Assembly: GCA_002269645.1 (NCBI GenBank)
Contig: NIVC01000679.1
Span: forward strand, 62,001 to 126,000
Source: Macrostomum lignano
Taxonomy: Eukaryota
DNA length: 64,000 bases
Reading direction: 5' to 3'
The translations under genes were made by a program, and so were the position numbers. A model generated the notes under the pieces. It worked only from the letters and a program-made list of their open reading frames with translations, was not told the origin of the DNA and did no database searches. Below are positions 45,301 through 57,951 of the stretch, piece after piece (the first letter of the stretch is position 1; each line of letters opens with the position of its first letter).

Positions 45301-48300
45301 CTGGTGCTAAAGCCCCTGGTGCTAAAGCCCCTGGTGCTAAAGCCCCTGGTGATAAAGCCCCTGGTGATAGAGCCCCTGGTGCTAAAGCCCCTGGTGATAA
45401 AGCCCCTGGTGATAAAGCCCCTGGTGCTAAAGCCCCTGGTGATAAAGCTCCTAGAGCTAAAGCCCCCTGGTGCTAAAGCCCCCTGGTGCTAAAGCCCCTG
45501 GTGCTAAAGCCCCTTGGTACTAAAGGCCCTGGTGCTAAAGCCCCTGGTGCTAAAGCCCCTTGGTGCTAAAGCCCCTGGTGCTAAACCCCCTTGGTGCTAA
45601 AGCTCCTAGAGCTAAAGCCCCTGGTGCTAAAGCCCCTGGTGCTAAAGCCCCTGGTGCTAAAGCCACTGGTACTAAAGCCCCTTGGTACTAAAGGCCCTGG
45701 TGCTAAAGCCCCTGGTGCTAAAGCCCCTGGTGATAAAGCCCCTGGTGATAAAGCCCCTGGTGCTAAAGCCCCTGGTGATAAAGCTCCTAGAGCTAAAGCC
45801 CCCTGGTGCTAAAGCCCCCTGGTGCTAAAGCCCCTTGGTACTAAAGGCCCTGGTGCTAAAGCCCCTGGTGCTAAAGCCCCTGGTGATAAAGCCCCTTGGT
45901 GCTAAAGCCCCTGGTGCTAAACCCCCTTGGTGCTAAAGCCCCTGGTGCTAAAGCCCCTGGTGATAAAGCCCCTGGTGCTAAAGCCCCTGGTGATAAAGCT
46001 CCTAGAGCTAAAGCCCCCTGGTGCTAAAGCCCCCTGGTGCTAAAGCCCCTTGGTACTAAAGGCCCTGGTGCTAAAGCCCCTGGTGCTAAAGCCCCTGGTG
46101 ATAAAGCCCCTGGTGATAAAGCCCCTGGTGCTAAAGCCCCTGGTGCTGAAGCCCCTGGTGCTAAAGCCACTGGTACTAAAGCCCCTTGGTACTAAAGGCC
46201 CTGGTGCTAAAGCCCCTGGTGCTAAAGCCCCTGGTGATAAAGCCCCTGGTGATAAAGCCCCTGGTGCTAAAGCCCCTGGTGCTAAAGCCCCTGGTGATAA
46301 AGCCCCTGGTGCTAAAGCCCCTGGTGCTAAAGCCCCTGGTGCTAAACCCCCTTGGTGCTAAAGCTCCTAGAGCTAAAGCCCCTGGTGCTAAAGCCCCTGG
46401 TGCTAGCGCCCATGGTGCAGAAAACGCAGCAAATGATAATTTAATTAATGGCAGACTAATGAAATGGCAAAATTCTCATTCCATCGAGCGCGGTAGGAAA
46501 ATTTCCATCATCCATCTAAGAAGCCCTTAAAGATCGCATTAGAGTTCTGTCTATTAATATGCTTTAACGACGGGAGGCCAAAGAAAACAAGAGCAGGGAA
46601 TGATCAGCACATTACATTGCACTATCTGTTTCTTTAATAGAGGCGTCCCACGCAGACTCATCAAATGGCCTTGAAGCATATTTATGCTTGTTTAATGTCA
46701 TCTTTTGTATCTGAGTGTCGACCACAGTCTGTGCCAGTCTCTCTTGACACCTCCGCGCTGGATTGATGATGTGTCGATGTTGATGTAAATTATTCAGCAG
46801 CTGGGCAGTGGCCCTCCTGACCCGCCTGCTCTATTTGCACCGCCGCTCTCCATTAGCATCTATATGGACTAATTCATTAGCGACCAGCAACGACCTTCGC
46901 TTGTTTTTTTGGCCTGAAAAATCTGGAGCTTGACGATCTTTATGGTATGGGAGGCAGTTTTCATTCTGTTTCGTTGGCAACTCAAAATGGATGGAATTGC
47001 TGGTTCGGAAGTCGAGGAAGTTTTAAGAAAGTTTACCAGGGGAAATGGATTAAGTAACGAGTGAGCAGATTTTATCTTATTTGGCAGTTGACCCACCGCT
47101 GCAGGAAGATAATTACTGTGCCAGCTAAGTGCGTCTCTAAGTGCAGTCAAGTCATCGGAGATTTCCTGGTGACAGCGACTCGGGAAATGCCGCAGGTCAC
47201 GGGAGGCGGGATGCGCCCTAAAACAGATTATGATGGCAGTCTCGATTGTGCTCAATCAATCTGTATGGAGATTTCGCGGAACCGAGCTTGAGGGATTACA
47301 GGAAGGACTCTCTGATCTGAGACATTCGGGCGAGAGAGACATGCTCGGGATCGAAAGAGGATTGGATTGCAGGAGCCATAATTCATGCTAATCAGATATA
47401 GAAAATTAAAATTTACAACCCAGCGTCTGGGTTTTACCGGTTATCAGATTGTACCGATGAATAAAGTCCTACAGTTTCCTCCTAGGTGGTGGATACTGAA
47501 TTATGGTATACCATAATTCCTGGTATAACCCTGGGGTAGATAAACATCACCACATTGAGCAGTGTCTGCTATAGAGAGTCATCACCACATTGAGAAGTGT
47601 CTGGTATAGAGAGTCATCACCACATTGAGCAGTGTTTGGTATAGAGTGTCATCACCACATTGAGCAGTGTCTGGTATAGAGAGTCATCACCACATTGAGA
47701 AGTGTCTGGTATAGAGAGTCATCACCACATTGAGCAGTGTTTGGTATAGAGTGTCATCACCACATTGAGCAGTGTCTGGTATAGAGAGTCATCACCACAT
47801 TGAGCAGTGTCTGGTATAGAGTGTCATCACCACATTGAGCAGTGCCTGCATGTTTTAGGCACCGTTTACTCAGTGAAGGCACTGAGAACCGCTCCGATCC
47901 TTATAACTCGCTAGAGCCTACACCCGAACCGCAGGAAGTCTGCTCTTCAACCCCATCAACGGGTGGCTCGTAGATTTTTACGGCGTCGAAGTGGCCTTTC
48001 GCGTCACCGGCTGTCTAATCTTGATCGTCGGCCTGCCCTGCTGTCTGCCGTTTCTCTCCCGACTGGAGACGGACACCAACGATCCCATAGACTATGGGGA
48101 TTTCAAACGGCGCATGGGCTCCTGTTGCAATCCTAAGCAGTGCATGGTTCGACCAGAGATTGGCATGTGGCTGCTTGGCAACATGATGTCCTTCATCGGG
48201 TTTTACATGCCGTTCGTCAACTTGGTGAGTGTTCGGCTGTTTTTTTGTGACATGATTTGAACGCGACACTAAAGGACGACGATTCGTTTGAATGCCAATA

Positions 48301-51300
48301 CGAGCCTATCTAAAGACAGAATATAACCAAAAAATCTGTTCACTTTTTGAAAATTTCTTGACAAGTTTTTATAGAGCTGATAAGCATTCAATGTAGAATG
48401 CCTACAATCAAACTCTACAATCTGGCGACTTCAATCTTGCCTGTCAAAGTGCCAACAATGTAAACACCATTTTTAGGATTTCGTGCACTGATATTGATTA
48501 TTTATAAACTCCCAGGCCTACTACATGAAGCGCAAGAACATCGCACTCTCGCAGTCGAAGTGGGCGGTCACCATCCTCTCTCTGGCCGAGTGCGTCACCT
48601 ACATTCTCGCATCGGTGGTTGGCGATCATTTCAAAGGCCGATTGATCATTATTAATCTGATTTCGGCAATTGGTCTGTCCACTATATGCTTTCTGTGGCC
48701 ATTTGTTGACAACTCGTTCGATTCAATCTTGCTGTCGTGTGCAAGTGAGTAATTTTTCAGACTTTTTGTGCAGTTTATTTTCGATCCTAGTGAGTGAGTT
48801 CGGCGTAAGTTCTCAATCTTGACGTACAGGATTCGGCGCGTTGGTTTACAAAAATTGGCACCGAATAATAAGACGGCAAAACTTAATTATTGATCAGCAC
48901 AATACATGCATTTCCAAGAAAATACGCACGTAGTTCGCTGCCCTATTAACACCGGAAAATTCCTCCCTTCACTTGTCAAGTGTTCTGCTTAAAATTACTG
49001 TGAAAATTTGAGAAGTATATAGAATTGAACTTCAGTTAGAATGAAATTTTTACATCTTTTCTGATTCCAAATGTCCGCGCTGTACGGCATTAAAGCGTTT
49101 AAACATTTTAGCAAGTTTCAACAAAAACTAAGATGCAAGTTTTGTCTATTAAATTATTTTTAGTTGCAATAAATACCCCATTATATAATTTTTTTAACGA
49201 GAACTCATTAATTTGAGGAGTAAATAAACCTTGCAAAAGTCCACAAAACGCAATGAATAAGTAAATAAACAAATTTGTTTTATTTTTTTAGTTGACAATA
49301 AACGAAAAGTTTCGATACTTTTTTCCTAGAAACGATGAGCTCACTCTATTGTTTAAATATCTTATGCTGAATATCAATGACGCCGCAAGAAGCCAACTCA
49401 ATTTACCGAACTCAACCAATGATGGAACAAATTTAAAACTCGTCACTATGCAATCGCATGCATGAAGTTTGTGAGACTGCTTAAAAATCTAAAGTTCAGC
49501 AGCTTCAGACACTTTGACAATTGACCTTCTTAGTCATCTTATCTTGCGTTTTCGAGGATAAAACCTTGGTACTCAACAAAGTGAAAGCAACCGAAAGCAG
49601 GGCAGGACACAACATCTCTATCAAGATGAGAAAATCGAATTCCAGATTAATGATCGGCACCAACTCGAGCTGTCTGGTGCGGCTTGGTGGCCCCATTTTT
49701 CACTCCGGTGTCCCAAGCCTTCAAATATAATCCCTCCATATTTCCCTTATCGCTTTCACCGCGAACGAATTCTCTGCACAGCTGTTCTAAGCCGAATAAT
49801 TAAGTCTCCAGCCTCCTGTGCAAAGATGGCGGGCGCAGATGAGGCTGAAAATTTGTTCGAGATTTACCCATATTTTTCAGCCTCCTCGCCTCGATCATTT
49901 GCACCCAAAACCGACTGTGGTTGCTCGCGGTTTTGTCCATAAAATATGCGAGACGAAAGCGAAATATAAAAAATGGAGCTTTGGTTTTCATGCATTCTCG
50001 GCCACCCAAATATCCGCATATTTATACCGCTCTCTTATTAGTATTACATCTTCGTTATGGACTGCATATATTCATTTTTTAGGGCAAGTCTTTCTGAATC
50101 ATAATTTAACCGAAGCCGTGCTTAATAGTCGCAAATCGTTGTTAGTGGGCTTTGAGCACCGCCTGCACGGGTGAAATTCAACGCGCACTAAAACTGCTCA
50201 TTCCGCTGACTACGCGCTCATACACACGCGATCACACAAGGGGTACAGAGATCCTAAATATCCATTCGTCAGGGATGTACACCTCTCTGTGCCTGGAGAG
50301 GTTGATCCTCATGCGTTTGAATTGAACGAAAACTTTTCAACATAAATTTAGTCACGAACAGAATCGAACCAGGAACCATAGTGCGAGAGTTAGAGGCGCG
50401 CTACAATATAGATCACAATGCAAGCTCAAGGTCAACAATGATTTGAAATTTTCCATTGCAGTTCTGGGTGGCTTGCTGGGCCTTACAATCGTTTATCAGT
50501 ACGCGGCCTCTGGCGAAGTCACCAAGCTGCCTATCGATGTGGCCTGGTCCGCTACCAACCTCTGGTCTGGCATGGGCGTTCTTGTTGGTCCGCTGTTCTC
50601 TGGTGAGCTGTGCATGCTTTCGCTAGACTACATATGTAATATGCTGCGTATTTTGCTCGCTTGGACTTCTTAGAATTGAGTTGTACTCGTACGGGCAGGG
50701 AGTGAAGTGGATCAGGGAGTGAGGAGGGGCAGGGAGTGAGGAGGGGCTGGAAGTGAGGAGGGGCTGGGAGTGAGGAGGGGCAGAGAGGGAGGAGGGGCAG
50801 GGAGTGAGGAGGGGCAGGGAGTGAGGAGGGGCAGGGAGTGAGGAGGGGCAGGGAGTGAGGAGGGGCAGGGAGTGAGGAGGGGCAGGGAGTGAGGAGGGGC
50901 AGGGAGTGAGGAGGGGCAGGGAGTGAGGAGAAACAGGGAGTTAGGTGGGGCGGGGAGGTGGCGCAGTGAAAGGGGTAAGTCAGACAGAGAACAAACTAGA
51001 GCATTTTCTTCAAGTTAGGAGTCAGCCATCGCATTCGAACACCAAACACTGCATGCAGGCGTGATATTCGACATTCGACACAGCTACGACGATGTGTGGT
51101 TCGTTTGCGGCGGCCTGTACCTAGCTCAGGTGCTGGTGTTCGGCGGCATCCCTGCCATATGGCGGTACAGGATTGGCACCTTTGTCCCAGAAGAGTACAT
51201 AGAGATTGTCGGCGAGACCAAGGACTACATGGGCTACACAGCCGCGGCCGAGACCGCCACCAATGATGCTACCGCGACTGGCTGGGCCAACGGAGAGGGC

Positions 51301-51423
51301 TGGGCGGTTGATAGCAAAACTACCAGTGGTGCCCCCTTTGATGTTCGGCCCGCCGCCAACTCTGGCCTGCACCATCAGCCGCCGCCGCCGCCTGCTGTGA
51401 CGCAACGACATCAAGGCTATTAA
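39374..51423 (+). CDS. SLC16/monocarboxylate-transporter-like MFS protein, 6 exons, 506 aa
   Basis: Exons 39374-39551, 42631-42948, 47935-48224, 48516-48744, 50462-50602 and 51059-51423 (1,521 nt, phases consistent, all GT-AG). Motifs: GWLICLA...GITYSFGVF, WIGTLSF, LYGIGSSLTY, IGEYFDK, GFYMPFVNL, GVLVGPLFSGVIFD. Confidence 0.88.
39565..41165. repeat. Compound 21-bp minisatellite: TCAGTCACTCGTGAACTTAAA (~10 copies) then TCACTCATTAAATTGAGTCAG (~64 copies)
   Basis: Starts about 14 nt after the MCT exon-1 donor; the two units share TCAGTCACTC. Confidence 0.95.
41783..42600. repeat. 17-bp minisatellite AAGTAAGAGTCAGACTC
   Basis: Read directly; ends about 30 nt before the MCT exon-2 acceptor. Confidence 0.95.
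43204..44277. repeat. Highly homogeneous 16-bp minisatellite GCTACCATAGACAATT
   Basis: About 67 copies with only two visible variants (AGAAAATT). Confidence 0.97.
45110..46405. repeat. 15-bp minisatellite AAAGCCCCTGGTGCT
   Basis: Read directly; frequent single-base indels break the reading frame. Confidence 0.95.
47545..47845. repeat. 35-bp minisatellite CATCACCACATTGAGCAGTGTCTGGTATAGAGAGT
   Basis: About 8.5 copies; spacing measured from 47545 to 47580. Confidence 0.93.
50695..50935. repeat. G-rich 17-bp minisatellite AGGGAGTGAGGAGGGGC
   Basis: Read directly, in MCT intron 5. Confidence 0.92.
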
Positions 51424-51828
51424 GCTCTGATGCATGAAAATTATAATCAACATTATGAAAATTATCATTATAGTTCTGAATTTAGTACTACTCTGCTATG
51501 AAAAAAACAAAAAGATGATTTTGATTTGTTAAGATTTTCTGTACAACACTGAAAATAGCTGAGTTATGATAACGCTGCAGTAATTAGTTTTATGCTTTTT
51601 TGCTTCGAATTTTTGTTTAATCTACATTTTTCCCTTACTATTGTTGTTGTCAGTGAAGTTGATCTCTAAGCCTATTAGTCAATCAAGTGGATAATTGCAG
51701 TAAAAATTCAGGACTATGACCAGAATCTTTGGTTTGAGATTCTCAATATCGCTTTTTACAGTCAATTTTCCACTCGGGGCTTTCAAAAGAGGACGCGGAG
51801 ACTTTGTGGCTTCGCATAGTCAAAAGTA

Positions 51829-52134
51829 GTCTATGGCCCAAACCGAAATCGCTACAAGGCGCAATCAGTTTTCCACACCCAGTGAGCAGAGGACTCCATG
51901 GAAAAGGAGCAGAATTTTGTCTATGGCCAAGCTATACTTGAGACCATTCAATGCAGAAGCTTTTCTCAGAGGTTGGTTTTGGCGCAGTGGCCATTTTTAC
52001 AATTGTTTGCATTTTAACAGCACAATACACTGTAGGACTTGCCACGATCTTTTGGTTTTAAACATATGGAAAATTGATTGACTCAGTTGGAAACCTGATT
52101 GCGCCTTCTAGCTATTTTGGTTTGGGCCATAGAC
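51829..52134. mobile_element. MITE with ~55-bp TIRs starting GTCTATGGCCCAAACC, flanked by TA
   Basis: The left arm GTCTATGGCCCAAACCGAAATCGCTACAAGGCGCAATCAG mirrors the right arm CTGATTGCGCCTTCTAGCTATTTTGGTTTGGGCCATAGAC. TA on both sides (Tc1/mariner-like TSD). Confidence 0.72.
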
Positions 52135-52229
52135 TATACTCGTACTTTGACTGCAAAAAGCGATACTTGATTGTACTTTAGCCAGAGAGAAGAGCCTTTA
52201 ACAGCCTGTAGTCTGTAGGAGAGTGCAGC

Positions 52230-52530
52230 TTGGATATTGTCTATGGCCAAGTGCAGCTCTGTGGCAGTGACTTTCACTGGCTTTATTGTCTATGGCCGAG
52301 TGCAGTTCTGTGGCAGTGTGGCTTTGATTGGCTTTATTGTCTATGGCCGAGTGCAGTTCTGTGGCAGTGTGGCTTTGATTGGCTTTATTGTCTATGGCCG
52401 AGTGCAGTTCTGTGACAGAGTGGCTTTGATTGGCTTTATTGTCTATGGCCGAGTGCAGTTCTGTGGCAGTGGCTTTGATTGGCTTTATTGTCAATTTGGC
52501 TTTATTGGCTTTATTGTCTATGGCAGAGTG
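52230..52530. repeat. 51-bp minisatellite containing TTGTCTATGGCC
   Basis: About 5-6 copies; spacing measured from 52281 to 52332. Confidence 0.9.
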
Positions 52531-53207
52531 CAGTTCTGTGTCAGCGGCTGTTGCTGCAGCGAACGGAGATTCTCCACTTGATCGGCCTGATTATCAACTT
52601 GACTGACAAAAATACTAAAATATTACTGTGAGTAGTAAAGCTGTTGGTTTAATTTTACTTTCCCTGATATATTCTTGTTTCCATATCTTCTAATTAGTTT
52701 AAGGAAATCATTTCACATCGCTCAGTACAACTACGCTACTAGAAGTAGCTTATTTAGATATCGGTAGATTTTTAGTCTTCATAGGCTAAACAGTGAATCA
52801 TGAATCCAGTTACAATGCAATAACTGTCGCTTAAATAGATGTTGTAGTTTTTTTCGTTTTGCATAGAAACTTATTTGCTAATCTCTTAATCAGCTTCAAA
52901 GCCTGTACAAGTTATTTATCTAGCAATAGTCTTACATCCACTATTCAATTCCTAAGTAAATTTAATTATAATATTAATTGCCCCAAGCTGCCCTAATATA
53001 AGTAGTAACAGATTTATAAATTGTTACAAATATTTTTGACGCGTTTTTTGAAAGCTTGTGTTTTTTTGGTTAGATCAGCAATCCAGATCTCAGAAGCTAC
53101 TCAGTGAGAATTAGCTAACACAGCTACCGACACAAGCAATATTCTCTAGAGATATTTTACTGAAACAATTTCATGGCAATTATAACCCCGGGAAATTACG
53201 GGAAATT

Positions 53208-53827
53208 ACGGGAAACTACGTTTCCGAGAAAATGTTAAAGAGGCTGGTTTTCGCTGAAAAACACACTACGCAGATAGGAACTTTTCTCACTTTTTTATAT
53301 TCAAATTGCCCAATGCTCATTTTTTATTGCTTTGCCTCTTATAGCTCTATCGATACTCATAAAGCTTTTGTTCGGAAAATTAGAATTCTGTGTTTTATTT
53401 TTTTTTCTACGTACCTCAAAATCAAAAATGCATTGTACAGCTGGACTCAATATAGTTTTATGAATCTATTTCATTATCTCTAATGCACATATTGTTACAA
53501 ATTCAGCTAAGAATCACAAAATAGACTCATAAAACCAATGAGCTGAGCCGTGTCATTTTAATGGTTTTTAGGCACAGGACATGTGCAATTCTATGTAGAA
53601 TAAAAAACTAACATGAATCCTAATTTTCTGAACAAAAAGCTTTATGAATATCAATAGAGCTATAAAAAGGCAAAACATATCAAACAATGAACACTGGGTC
53701 TGCTTCCTATCGAAAGCAATAACAATTTGAATATGAAAATAGTGAGAAAAGTTCCCATCTCCGTAGTGTATTTTTTCGGCGAAAACCAACCTCTCATTAA
53801 CATTTTCTAAGAAATGTAGTTTCTCGT
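53208..53827. mobile_element. Diverged MITE with ~200-bp inverted arms; related partial copies near 33915-34090 and inside the foldback at ~11245-11340
   Basis: ACGGGAAACTACGTTTCCGAGAAAATGTTAA mirrors TTAACATTTTCTAAGAAATGTAGTTTCTCGT. The motif TATAGCTCTATTGAT...CATAAAGCTTTT...GAAAATTAG is shared with 34027-34075. Confidence 0.7.
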
Positions 53828-54639
53828 CCTTCTACTTGAGTAGTCCTGGATAACCCCTGCTCACAGTTTACTAGTTGTATGTTTAAGAGTCAACTGTCTC
53901 ATCTCAAGGCCTCAAGTGTAGTCTGCTTCTACCGCTGTGCACACCACCTAGGCCGTTGAAGCCACCAATCATCCTACTTGAAGTATCATCATTGCGCCTT
54001 GCTGGTCCTCTAGGCTGACTGAGGACACCACTGGGTCTTCCGTTGAGTCCAGCAAAGCGGATTCCAGTTTGGCCTCCTTCGGGTCTCTGGAACCTGCCAG
54101 GCACATGACAGGGTCCGCCAAGTCCACTTCTCAGTGATGCACCTGCAGATGCATCTAAAATTGAAAATCTAGAAGTCTAAGGCAAAATATTTCTAATCAA
54201 GATAATTACCGAATCCAGAGTAGACAATAAGCACGAAAAAAATATTGATGGTGATAATCTTCATAACGAATTTTTTTAACAGTTACCGAGAGACAACGTG
54301 TCCTTAAAATTCTTCGCCTTTCTTCTCCTTTTATAACTCAAAAAAATATGAATTCATTCTGGTTCTAAGCAGTTCTTCATTTAACTTGGAAATTCAAACC
54401 AGTTTCCGATGTCGGTGTTGAATTACAAGCAGATCAGCGAAAGAAAAGGTCACTTGACTACTTTAACTTCAAGTTCACACACTCGCTCTCTTCAAAGGCT
54501 TTTAAGATTCCAATTGGTACTTTTTATTACTAACTTTCACTCTCATCTGAGGACAGAATTCGACCTTTTTTTCATCGCTGTATCCCCTCAGCCCAACGAT
54601 AGATGCAATGTTTGCCTCCTGATCTTGAACTCATTCTGA

Positions 54640-55715
54640 ACCATAGAGTCCTTGACTGCATTACTAACCCTAGAGTTCCTGACTGCATTACTAACCCTAG
54701 AGTCCCTGACTGCATTACTAACCCTAGAGTCCCTGACTGCATTACCAACCCTAGAGTCCCTGACTGCATTACCAACCCTAGAGTCCCTGACTGCATTACC
54801 AACCCTAGAGTCCCTGACTGCATTACCAACCCTAGAGTCCCTGACTGCATTACCAACCCTAGAGTCCCTGACTGCATTATCAACCCTAGAGTCCCTGACT
54901 GCATTACCAACCCTAGAGTCCCTGACTGCATTACCAACCCTAGAGTCCCTGACTGCATTACTAACCCTAGAGTCCCTGACTGCATTACCAACCCTAGAGT
55001 TCCTGACTGCATTACCAATCCTAGAGTCCCTGACTGCATTACTAACCCTAGAGTTCCTGACTGCATTACCAACCCTAGAGTCCCTGACTGCATTACCAAC
55101 CCTAGAGTTCCTGACTGCATTACCAACCCTAGAGTCCCTGACTGCATTACCAACCCTAGAGTCCCTGACTGCATTACCAACCCTAGAGTCCCTGACTGCA
55201 TTACCAACCCTAGAGTCCCTGACTGCATTACCAACCCTAGAGTCCCTGACTGCATTACCAACCCTAGAGTCCCTGACTGCATTATCAACCCTAGAGTCCC
55301 TGACTGCATTACCAACCCTAGAGTCCCTGACTGCATTACCAACCCTAGAGTCCCTGACTGCATTACTAACCCTAGAGTCCCTGACTGCATTACCAACCCT
55401 AGAGTTCCTGACTGCATTACCAATCCTAGAGTCCCTGACTGCATTACTAACCCTAGAGTTCCTGACTGCATTACCAACCCTAGAGTCCCTGACTGCATTA
55501 CCAACCCTAGAGTTCCTGACTGCATTACCAACCCTAGAGTCCCTGACTGCATTACCAACCCTAGAGTTCCTGACTGCATTACCAACCCTAGAGTCCCTGA
55601 CTGCATTACCAACCCTAGAGTCCCTGACTGCATTACTAACCCTAGAGTTCCTGACTGCATTACCAACCCTAGAGTCCCTGACTGCATTACTAACCCTAGA
55701 GTTCCTGACTGCACA
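54640..55715. repeat. 27-bp minisatellite CTGACTGCATTACCAACCCTAGAGTCC with a 405-bp higher-order duplication
   Basis: About 40 copies; diagnostic variants recur 15 units apart. Confidence 0.95.
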
Positions 55716-56865
55716 ACTAAACCCCTAGAGTGAATATAGAGTACCCTTATTTGCATTATTATTTGCTAGGTACCAAGCGCAAAGAATGTTACCATGATTG
55801 CCAATATCAGCTGCAACACCCAAAATTCCAACTCATTCCCATGCAATCGATGTTACAACTCAATTCAGTCAGCTACTGGACGAAACCTAAAGCCTACAGT
55901 TGTGAACGGGGCGGGGGTATTTGGCGGGAAACTGAGAATGGAAACTGAGAATTTATGGCTCTTTATAGCCAAAGAGCTGATAGAATGGCTTTGGATGTGC
56001 CTATGATAGAGTTTGCCAGGGGGGTAACGCTATACCATATAGACAGCTCAGCGTGAGCTGTTGAATTATGTAGCAGTGCTTCTGCACTCAATATTTCTCA
56101 TTGGCTATTCAGCATTGCGAGTTTGCTTGCAAAGCCACTATAGTCAAGTCTCATTCTAAGGCCTGAGAAATGGGAAAGGACAGCCCGCCAGCTCAATATC
56201 TGAAGTAGAGGATAGCCTTTCTTGCGCACTCACTCTGTTAACTGTGGTAAGATAGAAGCCGTTATTAAAATTATTACAACCCTACTGAAAAAAGAGCACT
56301 ACACTCATCCATTTTGTGTTGTGAGAAATATTGAAACCGATATCGCACGACAAAGAAATCAATAATACTTTTAATTTTGTCACCTCCGTTGCGGTGCCTA
56401 CCCCCTCCCCTACCGGCCTCTCTAGTTTGATATGGATGCAACGTCACGCAGAATCCCCACTACTCACTTTGTATCCAATTGTTTCTATGTCATCTGCGCC
56501 GCACTGCCTGCCCTCAGCGACCCACTAGAAAATGTAGCGCCCCCCCACGCATCCACCCAGCCATCCACGCGGGATCTGCATGCCGCCGCGCAGGGAGTTT
56601 CCCTAATACTCCATTGGCTCAAGCTCCCATCCACACCAGCTGCCGTGCTTGTACTCCATCCAAGTAAGCGCGCGTACTCAACAAAGCGCGCGCGTATAGA
56701 TGGATGGCTGGAGAGGCATTGGGAAGGGCAGGGACTGAATTGCAAAGAAATGAGCCCGCATAAAGAAGCTGGAAGATGCAGCCTGACGGGGGTGGCAGGG
56801 CGCGGCTTTAAGCATAAAAGCACTATCGCCTCACCGCTTCCCCGTGTAGACCAGAATCGATCGCC

Positions 56866-57891
56866 ATGGGAGGCCTGGAGCAGCTGGATTTCGCCTGCCA
56901 GTTCGTGCTGATCCCGGCTTGCAGTCTCGTCGGTATCGTCAGCTCGGCGGTGATCGCTCGAATCAGCGTCCATCGAATGATGCTGCCGCACCTCATCAAC
57001 CGGTGCATTCTGGCGCTGGCAATCATTGATCTGCTGTTCCTGACGCTGGCTCTGATTCACTGCATAGTGGCCACGCAGTCGTGGCCGGATGAGTCCAACA
57101 ACTTGCTTGCCGTCGCAACTCGTCGACTGGCAATGCCGTCGCTGGCCCGAGCGTCGCTGCTCTCGGTGTCGGTGATCAGCGCCGAGAGATTGTGCGCGGT
57201 TAGACGGCCCCGGCAACTACCGGCTGGGGCGGTCAGCTCGAGAAGGCGAATCGTCTTTGCAGCTTTGGTCGCTTCGTCGGCTCTACCTGCGGCGGTCTAC
57301 TCGGCTGAGCTGAGCACGGTGTACACCTTGATGGGAGGCTATCAGAACTGCACAGTTCAGGGGTCAGAGTCGGTGAGCCTGGTCTTCGGCGCGGCCGACG
57401 CGGCGATGCGAGGCCTACCGCTAGCGGCCATTCTAGTGCTGAACGCGTGCACCATTCGAGTGTTGCGGCATTCGTTTCGTCAGCGAGAACGCCTACTGGC
57501 TGGCTTGCTGGGCATCCAGCGCGCCCTCCTGCAGCCTGCCGCTTGTCCGCCGGTTGTTCGTCGACACCGACGCACGACCTGCATGCTGTTGTACATGTCC
57601 AGCCTACACCTGGTGCTGCTCACTCCCGCCATCTTTCTCAGCGCTGCCGCTCGACGTTGCGTCGACGATGGCTCGTCGGTGTCCAGAGGTCTGCGATCGC
57701 TGGCGCTGACGCTCGAGGTGTTGGCCAGCTGCATGCAGTTTCCGCTCTACACTCGGCAGAGTGAGAAGTTTCGCATTGTTTTGGCCGAAGTTTGTCATTG
57801 CTGCTGGCCGGGCGCCGAGGCTTTACGTCCGGAAGCGTCAGGCGGCCGACCAGTTGGACGAGTTGCGTCCAGTATTCGACTAAGACGATGA
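56866..57891 (+). CDS. Intronless divergent class A (rhodopsin-like) peptide-receptor-type GPCR
   Basis: 341-aa ORF with seven hydrophobic segments: LAIIDLL (TM2), SAERLCAVRRP (DRY region), LPLAAILVLN (TM5), LLTP (TM6), QFPLY...SEKFR (TM7/helix 8). Confidence 0.82.
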   Translation: MGGLEQLDFACQFVLIPACSLVGIVSSAVIARISVHRMMLPHLINRCILALAIIDLLFLTLALIHCIVATQSWPDESNNLLAVATRRLAMPSLARASLLSVSVISAERLCAVRRPRQLPAGAVSSRRRIVFAALVASSALPAAVYSAELSTVYTLMGGYQNCTVQGSESVSLVFGAADAAMRGLPLAAILVLNACTIRVLRHSFRQRERLLAGLLGIQRALLQPAACPPVVRRHRRTTCMLLYMSSLHLVLLTPAIFLSAAARRCVDDGSSVSRGLRSLALTLEVLASCMQFPLYTRQSEKFRIVLAEVCHCCWPGAEALRPEASGGRPVGRVASSIRLRR

Positions 57892-57951
57892 TGACGCAAT
57901 AGTTTCAGTATCCAATGGAAGTTTGTACTGGGTAATCCAAATGTGGACTTA

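Noticed and set aside
45053-46530. Collagen- or elastin-like KAPGA protein
   Set aside because: Frequent 1-bp indels break the frame; the array is intronic in the MCT gene.
41783-47845. CRISPR-like repeat arrays
   Set aside because: Head-to-tail repeats without unique spacers, no cas genes, and a eukaryotic intronic context.
50355-50405. Second SINE or tRNA head on the minus strand (GGTTCGATTC)
   Set aside because: Only a B-box-like 10-mer; no convincing A box or SINE body.
54572-55756. 350-390-aa ORFs on both strands
   Set aside because: A 27-bp unit without stops is open in several frames at once, with no unique coding flanks.
56432-57798. Overlapping and antisense ORFs around the GPCR
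   Set aside because: Shadows of a GC-rich coding sequence with no recognisable motifs.
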